From positions 868,001-932,000 of the forward strand of contig CM074804.1 of the NCBI GenBank assembly GCA_037447605.1: a stretch of 64,000 nt of DNA, read 5' to 3'. A model generated the notes under the pieces. The model was not told the origin of the DNA, did not search any database, and saw nothing but the letters and a program-made list of their open reading frames with translations. Positions 12,126 through 23,060 of the stretch are shown piece after piece (positions within the stretch are counted from its first letter, which is position 1; every line of letters starts with the position of its first letter). Origin of the DNA: Zygnema circumcarinatum SAG 698-1b. Taxonomy: Eukaryota; Plantae; Zygnematophyceae. A program made the position numbers and the translations under genes.

Positions 12126-12512
12126 CACGCCCAGACAAATAAAAGGAACATACCCAAGAAAGAAAAGCATTTGTTTCTCCTTTGGTTGGTGCAAAAAACC
12201 GCCGGAAAAAGCGAAGAACAAAAGTCGCCACGGTCGACCGCCTTCTCCCAATCGCGAGTAATTCGAAAGCTTTGTTTGAACTCAAGCAACACGTTCTCTC
12301 TCCAAATTTAACCAAATTACCAGTGAACGAAAATGAAAAAAAGAAAGAAGAAAATTAGAAAAGAGCAACCGGAAGAGGAAGAGGAGTTACCCACAAAATG
12401 AACAAACAAATTGAGCAGATGTGAGAGAGAGAGAGAGGAGGAAAGAGTGACAGAGGGAGAGCAGCAACGTGAAAAAGAGAAGTGGGGACATTTTGACGAG
12501 AAAACGGATGTA

Positions 12513-12652
12513 CCAATCACCACCCGTCACGTGGCCAATTGCCTTGAGCGACCAATCACCATTTTCCACGTGGCACTGAGCTTAATTCGGCCAATCACCA
12601 CTTGTTACGTGTCAAATCATTTATTTTGACCAATCATCATCTGCCACGTGAC
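12513..12652 (+). promoter_or_regulatory. tandem array of four CCAAT + G-box composite units with 39-bp period
   Basis: CCAAT starts at 12513, 12552, 12591 and 12630. Each is followed 9 nt later by TCACG, CCACG, TTACG or CCACG, running into ACGTG. About 0.73 kb upstream of the FAS1 copy 3 ATG. Confidence 0.6.
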
Positions 12653-13376
12653 ACAACCATACACCCGGCTCCAAGAATCCACAAACCGACAAATGTCCGT
12701 TGCCTCCTCCTGCCTCTTCCCCAACCACATCGCGCCCGTTGTCATGCAGTACGTACGGACACTCCATGGCGTCATCTCCCGTCGTTTCCTTGTACGGCTT
12801 GTCGGTAGCGCGCACCCGGTTGGCGGGCGGGGTCCCTGGGTCCCTCGCCGTCCCCCGCGGGCGCGCCTCTGCGGGCCGTTGGGCGCCATGCAGGCCGCGG
12901 GTCCCTCCGCAGGGACCCCTCTGGCGGGGGCCGGGCCGCCATGGAGGGAGGGGGGGAAGGGGGGCTTAAGAGAGGGAGCGAGGGGCAGGTTAAGGCACAT
13001 CAAGGAAAGGTCGGGAAGAGATTCTTCAGAAGGAGGGTTTGGACATCTCTGCACAGGGGCGAGGGAACTCACTGAGTGACTGACTGAGCAGCGGCGGCTC
13101 GGTGTTGAGGTTGAGGGTGAGTGGTTGTCTATGTAATTTTTGTGATTTAATTTTCAATTCTGCATTCAATTAGATTGGTGTATCTGTCGTTATCTTCCTT
13201 TCTGCATTCCCCAGCAGCCACCTTCTCCTGCTTCATCCTTTCCTCTTACACTCTGTCTTCCCAACTGTCTTCATTTTCACAACTCGGCCCTTACTCTCTA
13301 ACTCCCACCTCCCTTCTACCTTCTAATCTTACATGGCCGCTTCCGCACCAGGCGCTACCTCTCCTTCGGGAAATCC

Positions 13377-14279
13377 ATGGCTTCCTCAAGCTGGGCCCTC
13401 TTCACAGCCCTGCTGCTTGCGGCTCTCCTCCTGCAGCTTCCATGGGGCGTGCCTGCCTCCTCAAGCCCTCCCACGGCGGGAGAGATCATGTCGCGGCTCC
13501 ACCGCCGCATCAGCAGACACCCCCAGTACAGAGATTTTTATGAAGCCTACAAGATGACCGGTAAGCGCAGAATATTTTTCTACATTTACTGAACCAGAAT
13601 GCCGTGAAATCATTTCGTTTAATACTGACAACAAGGGGTTCTCGACTGTGAATTGAATTAGGGGTATGAGTTGCCATTGCTGACTCCTCTCTCTCTCTCT
13701 CGCTTACTCTCTCCCGCTTGGGTTCTGCTTACGCCTCACAGATATGCCCGCGGAGCTCTTTACTTACCTTCTAGGAGGGGGGAAGTTCACCATGTTCATC
13801 CCCAACACGGGAGCGTTCTATCGCATCCCCGAGGAGTATCGCAGCGGCGACAAACTGAAGAATCTGATCGAATACAACTCGATCAAAGGGAAGGAACTCA
13901 ACTACAACTCGTATAAGACGGCCAAGAACAAGTCCTCGTGGCCCACCTTCTACAAAACCACGAAGATTGTGAAGAAGGGCAACAACAAGTTCACCTGCAC
14001 CAAGTCGCGGGAGTTCCGCAAGACTCCGCAGATCAGCAAGTGGAACATCTACTCGGGCCATTCCGTCGATGTTCACGGTGAGGATGAGGCCACGTGGCAC
14101 CTCCAAACTGAACCTGTACATATAACCTAACCAGCCGTTTCTTCAGCTTTGCCGTTTCTTCAGCTATTTTCCTCGCCGTCGGTTTCTTATTATGCGAATG
14201 TTTTATTTGTTTTTTCGTTTGTTTGCATTCTTTATCTGCAGGAGTCACCGATTACTGGATTCCAGCAGATTTCGACTGA
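13377..14279 (+). CDS. secreted single-FAS1 domain protein, copy 3 (~185 aa, exons 13377-13560, 13742-14077, 14242-14279)
   Basis: Signal peptide MASSSWALFTALLLAALLLQLPWG; FTMFIPNTGAF; VDVHG|VTDYWIPADFD*. Same intron positions and phases as copies 1, 2 and 4. Confidence 0.85.
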
Positions 14280-15092
14280 TCAGTTGTCCCGGGTTTTGAA
14301 ATGCTTTAAAGATGGCAATGTACGGTCAAATACAAAGTGGGATGATTGAATTAGTTCGATTATTATTATTTTTCTTCCCCTTCAGATTGTAGAAATACTT
14401 TCAGGTGCTGAAAATTTTATTGGGATGCTTTCAGATAAGGTGTCTGAGTAATGCCCAATTTGGTATGTATGCAGGTTCGCTTGCTTGTTTATTGGAGGGT
14501 CTGTTTTATGATAGATTGAGGGTCCTTCCTTCCTTCCTCCCTTGTACAATTAGAGGGCGTTGTCAATTTTGTCAGAGTTGACAAAGGGGTGACTTCGTTC
14601 ACCTCCGATTAAATGCAAAATGCTGGAATGTGCGAATTTATGGGCTTCAAATGTTTTGCTTCGGGTATCAAATGGCCTTTTTGTTTGAAGTGTGACGCAC
14701 TCCATGTTATTGTCACAACGCTACAACACACATGCTGGCCATTTCTTTTCGTCCGCTGTGCTGCAAACTGAGAATGCAAATCAGGCGCAGTTGGAGAAAC
14801 ATTTATCTTCCCTGTCCAGGCAGCCTGTATCTGACGTGGCGGCAGCAAAAACGCCACGTCAGGTAATATTTGTTGGGACGAGAGAATTTTTCTGACACTA
14901 TTTTGGGCCAAAAAAAGATAGAAAGGGCCAGGAAAGGAAATTGATCAGCTTGGAATTCCGGTTCTGTACCAAACCAAAAACCAAAATTTTCCGCCCGGGA
15001 AAAACTGCAACGGGCAGTAGTAAAAGTGAAGAGGAAATCCAGCCGTCGAAACTTGCCCCGTCAGCACGGATCCAGGCCGTACATCCTCTCCT

Positions 15093-15177
15093 CTTGCCAC
15101 CTGGCAGGGCGGACTTGCCACTTGTCAACAGATAGCTCAGTCTGACACGTGGCAAGTCCACCCTGCCAGGTGGCGAG
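15093..15177. repeat. 85-nt near-perfect hairpin (35-bp arms, 15-nt loop)
   Basis: 15093-15127 is the reverse complement of 15143-15177 with 3 mismatches. Confidence 0.85.
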
Positions 15178-15865
15178 TTCATGTCGGTGAGCCGATGCAA
15201 CATGGTGACAACAACTCTCTCCTTCTTTGTCCTCCTGCAGGCCATCGTATGTACACATCCGCTTTCATGCGTGCAATTGTAACTACTATCGTCACTGTTT
15301 TGGCTTGGAATTTTTTACTTGTACCGAAAGAATGAAGATTAGCAAGTGTTGGAAGGTGTTTGAAAACACTCCATGGTCATAAAAACATAATTCTCGACAT
15401 GCTTCAGCATTTCTTTGAGTGTTTTTGGATATATTGTCGGGTATAGCTTATACATCTATTGTGATGCCGCGAACGTTTCATGTGCATTGCTCACAGCAGA
15501 AAGGCGGCCTCAAAATGTGAAGCGAAATGGAAAGGAAGGGATGAGGCAAATTGCGTGCAATGATGTCCGTAGGTTTTATGCTTCCATTAAAGCAATCTAC
15601 CAATGTACAACTAAAGCGGGACAGACTGGATGACTTAAGGAAGTCGTGTGCTTCCACCGTAAACATTTATCTCCTTGTGCTCCAATCGCTCCTTAGTCAG
15701 AATCGTATAAAATGTACGAAATACACTTACGAATATCAAAATCAGATAACATAAGGGGTATCCAATTTACATCATCGCCAATGACCGAAACTGGTGGTGG
15801 AGCAACTTGACGAGGCACGCGCTGTCCCCATCATCCATTTTTCGGGTGCAGGCCGCCATGCATAG

Positions 15866-16869
15866 TTAAAGTTTCTTTGGAATGGCATAGTGGTCGACCA
15901 CTGCAGTGCATCAATATTTCAACATAACGGAAATCAGTAACCACCCCCCCACCCACTTTAAACCACGAACACACGAGCCTGTAACCCCAGAACCTTCATG
16001 TAACAGTACCGGGTGAAATATCCACTGAGCAATCCTTACGGGTACCCCCGGAATGGCATCTTACTCCAAGTACGGCCTAATAGGTACGCCACATTTGCAC
16101 TTCTTAAGTTCCAAATACCTGAATATCTGCTCCCCATTGGAGCCTTCCAGTCTCCAACAACTTAAAAGGAAAGGACATAGAAGGGCGGGGGAAAGAGTGG
16201 CGAAGACACTGACCGTGCATGATGAACTGCGAGTTTTTGTAGCGGTAAAAGTTCCACCCAACCACAGTGGCATTCTTGCTGCTGCGACTCCCACTTATTG
16301 TGAATGTGTCACGGCCCGTCTTCCTAATTTTGTTGTTCTGAAACTCCGAAGTCCAATCTTTCTTCACCTTCGCACTGCGGAAATCATTTCTGGAGACGAC
16401 GATGCCCTCAATGGTGTGATCGAGCACCACGCTTCCGAATTTTTTCTTTGACTTATAAGTCGCCGGAACTGCATTGAGAGCGGCCGCGTTCGGAATGAAG
16501 AGCGTCACCTTCTTGTTTGCGCTCAGCCGAGTGTAAAGCTCAAGCGGAGCCGCTGCATGGAACAGGCACAAGGAGTGCGTCAGGCCTTCCTGTCTCAGTT
16601 ACCACGAAGTGCGTTCAGTTAGAGGGAAGAACAGCAAGAACTTTTTGGCAGAGACTAGTCCGAAGATAGAAGGGGGCTGCGGAGGGCGAGGACGCACTGG
16701 AGGAAAAGTAGGCCTTGAAGAAGGCGGAGTACTTGGGGTCCTTCTCCAGCTTCCCCTTCACGGCCGCCAAAATATCGGTGGCGGTGGAGGAGGCTGAGAG
16801 CGCGCCAAGTGGCAGCAGCGCGAGAACGATTAGCAGTGCATGGGCAGGGGAGGTAGAGCCGCGCGCCAT
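15866..16869 (-). CDS. secreted single-FAS1 domain protein, copy 4 (3 exons; close paralog of copy 2)
   Basis: MARGSTSPAHALLIVLALLPLGALS..KYSAFFKAYFSS|AAPLELYTRLSANKKVTLFIP..FIMH|VVDHYAIPKKL*; last exon 15900-15866. Confidence 0.85.
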
Positions 16870-17999
16870 TGGAATGGCGGACCCACCTCGGGGCGAGGGA
16901 GATAGGGAGTGTGTGGAGAAAGAGAGGGAAGAGAGAGAGAGCGAGAGAGAGAGATAGAGAGAGCGAGCTGGCGGGTCTGAGAGTGATGGCTGGTAGGAGA
17001 CTTTAATGGCTGCTCTCAGGTGCCGTGCGCCGCCGCCGTTACCGGGAGGGAGGGAGCCGCCGACAGTGGAGGAGTTCCTATCCATGGTCGGTCGGCGGCC
17101 GCTTCAGGAGGGCGGCCGACGTTCCATGTGAGGCGTTCAGTGAAGTGAGGAGGTCACCATTACGCCGTTCATTTCGCTCATGGAACTAGCGTCTAGGGGA
17201 ATGTGGAAGGTACATGGCATGTTGGCACGTTAGACACGGCATGGTGTGCATGTCGCATGAGACCCGCGTAGCCAACGAGCCACAAAGGACACACAGAGCT
17301 ATGAGAACCAATGGCACACGAGAACATCCCAACATCACATTGTGTCGTGTGTAGTGAACTACAGACTGTTCTATGCCCAACCCGTACAGTACAAGGAACT
17401 ATTGAACGACACATTCTAAGATACATCCAAGCAAGACCCTCCTACATAGTCTACCTTAGTCGACATATCAAAACCATAGTTCCCCATGGCTCAGATCCTG
17501 TTGATTGAAGGCAGAGAAAGCGATGCTGACCTCCTCCCTGTCTGCTCCATAGAAGGCCCAGCATTGCCTGTCTACTGCTGCATAACGCGTTTGTGGGAAG
17601 TCCTAACTACCCAAGCGCATAGCTCCTCTAAAAAACCCAAAATGAAAAATGTCTATTCTGCACCCACTATTTCCACACAGGAGTCTCGCATCGAGCCCCC
17701 TTATTACTGTAGGTCTTCCCCTCATCTCCCGAGTCCCACTTGCAGATATATCGTTCTGAGTGAACAACCGTTGACGTCGTGGAAATCTATGCGAAGGCTT
17801 ACTTCAAACCACCGCCAGAGCGGGCTGCCTTGATCAGCCCTGCCTGAAATAATCCCTCTTAGGTACTCCCCCTTCTGCTGCCTTTCTGCTTGCCTGCCTG
17901 GAGCTATTTGCCTGCTTAACGGAGCCAAACAAGTGACCAAGATCTGTACATAACGCACTGCTCAACATTCTCAAATGTTATACAACGATTCCTTCCTTC

Positions 18000-20900
18000 T
18001 CAGAGGGGCAGAGCCCGGTCCACGAAGTCTATGAGGGACTCCACATCTCGCGAACCCTCATGGCTTGCAAGAGGCTCATCTCCATCAAAGAGAATTAGGG
18101 TTGGGACTCCCTGAATGCCATAATCTTCTGTGAGAGTACGACACTTAGTAGCATCAATCTTTGCCACCTGCCATGTGCATAAACAAGGAACGTGTGAGCA
18201 TAGCACCTGTCGCTGCAGAAAGGGGGAGGGCGAGGGAGGGATATGGGGAAGATGCAAAAGTCAGCCATTAGGCCAGATGAGATGCTTTGGAAGATATGAA
18301 GGAGCTGGATCATTTCCTTAATTCTCCTTCGCGTTGGTTATGAAACTGCTATCCAAAAAGGACTCATCCGATTTGTAGAGATTTCTGCAGAGGTTAAAAT
18401 CCACAGGCAACAGCAAAGCTTGCGGAGTTTCAGGGCATTCTGCAATGGACGCTTAAGGCAAGGAAGACCCACCTGAATGCTGAAACCCTGCTCATCAAGG
18501 CGTTCTGGAAGCTCCTTCCAGGCCGCATACATGTCATTGCAATGATGGCAGCGAGGGGAGTAAAACATCACAAATGTCGGCCTGCAGGATGCCACTTTCA
18601 CTTGAAACATCACCAACTCGTATAGAGCTGCTTCACTGACGTGGTGGACAAAACACGTAAGGACAGCATCGTCTCTAAAGTTTTTAAGGATACTTCAAGG
18701 GAAAGGAGTACTCTACCTTGGAGCAGTGTACAAGTACTTCGAGAACAATTGGAAGCAGCAGAGTCAAGGGAAGTCCAACAATCAGTAGGGGAATCTTACA
18801 ACAACTTTCAATCTATTTCACGCGTGCACGAATATTACTACATATTGCAGCAACAATTTACGGTATACAGGCATATGAAGTTAGAAACTTACGCTCTAGC
18901 AAGTATGGAATAGAAGTCAGCCTCTGAAAGTTCGACTATTCCCGGCTGAGCCTTCCGACTGAAACAACAACAGAACGAATGTACATTAGAGGAGATCTTC
19001 ACTTGTTCAAGTTTGATAATCTACAAATTGTGTTCTCTAACGTCGAGGAATGTTGTCTAACCACCTAAGGAACCCCAATCACAAACGGCAGCCTAGTCTG
19101 GCACTTGTGGGCGCCTATATCCTCTTCCCCCCCCCCACATCGCCCCATCGCTCCCTGTTGCCAACGTTCTCTCTGTCGCTCCCTTCCCCTCTACCTTCCC
19201 TCCTCTCGCAATCAAAAGTCTGATATCCGTGCGTTGGGTTTGAGAAGGCCTGTCAAGCTTACTATAGTACTGGAAGCTCATCTTCAGCAAGAGTTTTGAA
19301 ATGCGGCGCACTGAATGTCGTGGAAGCTGCGGCAAATGGGGTGTTGCTGCCTCTCGCAGTTTTTCCGGGAATGGGCCCTGAAAGTTTCACTACCACCATT
19401 GAAGCAGCAAGGAAGGCGCCTCCTACACCTAAGCCTGTTGCCCACTCCTTCCAATCAGAAGGCCGGAACCACCCCCACGTCGCCTTCTCCCCCTCTGCTT
19501 GCTCCCCTCTAACCTCTCCCTTACCCTCCCTAGCCTCCCCCTCTTGTGATCCCTCCTTCACTGGACTTGCCCCTGGAGAGGCGAAGGAAGGCCCTGCTGA
19601 AAGCTGCTCCTGCTCTTTTGTGGCTGAACCTGACGCTTCCCGAAAAGCGAAATGTCCAGTGATGTCAGCGGTAGGAGTGGTAGTGCTTCTAGCCTCTGTT
19701 CCATGCGTGAGGTTAGCAACGTGCGAGTGATTTAAGGGCTTGTCTGTTGCGAATTCAGTTTTTGGTTCAGTTTCAGTTCGGAGTTCAGAGCTTGCGGAGG
19801 ATGTGGACGGATGAGAATGCGGTTCGGAAGGCTTGGAGATCTCTGACAAAGAATCCTTCCGTTCCCCCGAAAGCTGAAAAAAAACCGTTTCCCACAACGC
19901 ACTGATTTCAGATTACCACATGCAAAGATATAGTGAAAGTCCCAAACTCCAACCTTGCACGTTCCCGCAAGGTGCAACAGTAGGCCTCCATCAAAGAGTA
20001 CATACAAAAGTGAAAAGGCCGGGAATCGGAATCACCTCATGTCTGCATTTGTGACTGACTGATTTTCTAAAAAACCACTTACCGCATTTATTTGAAGATC
20101 CACAGGTAGCTTGTTCTCCATCGCCTCGACATTCTGAGCTGCTTTCGTAACCAACGTGCGTACCATCATCTGACAGGCGGCAAGTAGGGTTAGGACGATA
20201 GTGAGGGGACCAGCAAAAGCATTCTTCCGAGAAAAATGTGACTAGAATTAAAACTAGGAGATAACAGGGAATCAATCGATACTCGAAAGTTTACCATCAG
20301 TCACAGACTTCAAAGAAAGGGATGAAAGCAGACATCCACACAACAAAAGCTATGTCCTTCCTTGAATATGTACATTGCATTACGCAATGAACGTCAGCAA
20401 AAACAATGTCGCCTGAACATGAATAGAGAACAAGTTGACCCAGACATTCATGCGTCCAGATACTACTCCCTGTTCTGGACTAACCTTTACACTGCTTTCA
20501 ATCTGACCGGACCATCTGTACGTACTTTTCGAACCCGTCTGCAATATCCAAAAGATACTGAACCTAGAAATCGCCGGGTCATCGCACTTCGAGATTGCAA
20601 GGAAAAACACCAGAGCATAACACAAAAAACAAAGCAAAAGCAGCAACAGGGGTAAAGCTCCTCATAACTTCTGACGTACTCCAAAGTGAATTCATCGAAC
20701 TCACCTTCAGCTCCGCCACTTCCTGCTGCAGCGAGTCAACCTTCACAGGGGCTCCTCCGCGCATTCCGGCTGCAAGAACTTGAGCTGCTCTTTTCGACTC
20801 CCATCTCGCAACCGCTTCCTCTAATCTTCGTACCGCATCCAGTTCATTCCCAAAGTCTGAACTCGTTTTCTCATGTGATGCTACATTGCTAGTTCTTCTG

Positions 20901-22024
20901 CCGTTATCGGATGCAATTGCGGATTCGTCGACTGCACATTAAGAGGGTTAATGAATCAGGTCATTGAAAAGAACGAAGCAACGTCGTCTATTTCTTTAAC
21001 CTTCTCAGCAATCGAGGAGTGATTTAAGGTCATGAGTGCGAAACAAGCCGGGCCCATGGCCCTAGACATTACTATTTTGCAGCATTGCGGACCTAGAGAT
21101 ACAACGACATTGAATTTGGAAGCTAATACATCGTTAAATGTGTAGTTGCTACTTTGACAACACCATTCCGTTCTATGCCTGGCACATTCAAGTCCTGCAG
21201 CTGTATACATCGTGACTCATCCACAAAGAAAGAAGGAGAAAGGGATAGGGAAAGGAGAAAGACGCGATCGAGAAATGGAGGAAGAGAGGGAGGGCGAGAA
21301 GGGGGATGAAATTTGAGATAGAAAGAAGCAAAGAGAGGGGGTTGTGAAAGGAGAGAGAATAGACAAAGGAAGCTGAGCAGTTGCGGACAAGGCACAGGAG
21401 GTGAAAAGAGAAAAAAAGAGAGTGAAAAGGAGAGCGAGAACGAGAGGAGAAAGGAGGAAGTGGCAAATGAGTGGAACGAGGGACAGAAACGAAGGTCGCA
21501 GATGGAAGTGGGAGAAGAAGGGAGAACGAGCGAGACAGAGAAAGACGAGATCTGAACCTGCCTTCACTAGGTACATGAAAAACCATCGTTCCTGAGCTCC
21601 CGTTACTCCCCTCTGCTCCCAGTTCTTGATCAGCAGATCCCGAGGTATCGCTTCCGGGGCAGTCCACAAAGGCCATGGCAGAAGCACGCACACTCCTGCA
21701 GGAGGCCATGCAGGTCCCCCCTGCAAGCCCTAACCCTAACGTACCATTGATAGAGGCGGCGTACTGCTGGAAGGTAATCACCTGTGCGGGAGCGGCGGAA
21801 AGGCGGCATCTCCTATAACTAGTGGACGGAGAGCAAGAAGGAGCAAGATACACAGGGCTCTTGCAACTTACTCCTAACCCTAAACCTAAAGCTCCGCCTT
21901 GCAAGCCGATGGCCGGCAAGAATGCGCGCCTGGCAGAAAACAAAGGCCCGCCAAGAAAAGCAGTGTCTGGACCGCTCCCGCCCTCGCAGGAGATGCGGTC
22001 AAGCCGCGGCGAGCGGAGATTCAT
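18000..22024 (-). CDS. multi-exon protein with Ser/Arg-rich N-terminus, coiled-coil, one TM-like segment and C-terminal thioredoxin domain (CHHC)
   Basis: Reconstructed 3' exons 19873-19263, 18958-18893, 18581-18473 and 18167-18000 splice in frame: ..DELPVLY|RKAQPGIVELSEADFYSILARA|PTFVMFYSPRCHHCNDMYAAW..IQ|VAKIDATKCRTLTEDYGIQGVPTLILF. Upstream exons ~20932-20701 and ~20170-20087 are supported by splice signals. The start codon and first donor (possibly GC) are less certain. Confidence 0.7.
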
Positions 22025-22690
22025 CACTGCCTGCCTCTCCCCCTCAACCTCGACTTTCCAAGCTCAAATTCCCTGCTCCAGGAGCCCTCCCTCCTTGCAG
22101 GCAGGCTGTCAGGCTCCAACCCTAAGATCTGGCCCCCCTCGAGAAGGGCTCGGTTCCTGTGCAAGTTTCAGCATGCAGGCGGCCCGCGGTGTATGCCTTC
22201 TGACTGTGTCAGATAAGAGTACTGATTCTACCGTGGTTCAAACAGTGTACGGTACGGCAGTGGCGCCGTACAGATCGCCTACGCCTGAACGGAGACAAGG
22301 AAAATGTGTACGGATGGAGGAAACGACACGCGGCGAGGAAATCGACGGCAGGGAACGGCGGATCCCATCGTCCTTGACACGTGACCCGTGCCCTGGCGGG
22401 AGCCGGCGGACGGCCCACAGAGCCCGCACGAGCGCCGACAAGCGGGAGGGGTGCGGGCCGCCCAACTGACTGGCACGCGTGAAGGGGCGCAGAGATTGGT
22501 CCGAGAATCTTGGAAAAAAAATGTGTAGGGGTTCTGCGGGAGGTTTATGGAAGCAGTACGTTTTGTGCGATATTTCTTTTCTAGAAATGCACTAGTTTTG
22601 AGTTGAGTGGCATATTTCCAAGATTTGGCGAGTCCTACTCCGGCACTGTACACATGCTGTGGCAGTTGGGAATAACGCCAATGTTACAGA

Positions 22691-22748
22691 CCAATCGAAA
22701 TTTACCACGTGGCTAACGGAACTATCTGACGTGGTCGACCTGGATTGG
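22691..22748. promoter_or_regulatory. head-to-head pair of perfect CCAAT-N9-CCACG elements in the thioredoxin/GBP divergent promoter
   Basis: CCAAT cgaaattta CCACG (22691-22709) and CGTGG tcgacctgg ATTGG (22730-22748). Confidence 0.55.
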
Positions 22749-23060
22749 TCAAGGAATGGAGCGTAAAAAAACTGTAACATTCCAGGCGACAAACTGTTTC
22801 TTTGTTACGACATAACTGCAGAACAACTGTTACAGTGAGTTCCAAAACCCGTATAACTGTAAATAAATTCTCACCGTTCGTTCAGTATACCGTACGGTAC
22901 GAAACTGGGGCAGTGCCAGTCTGCCAGATCAGCGCACAGGTGGCTCGGCGACCGCCGGTGACCGTCAGTGACCGTCAGTGACCGCCGTCGACCTCCCTCC
23001 CAACCGAGTGAACGCCCAAGGGCGGGCGCGCGGGCTGGCGGGGGAAGCCAGCGGGCAGCC

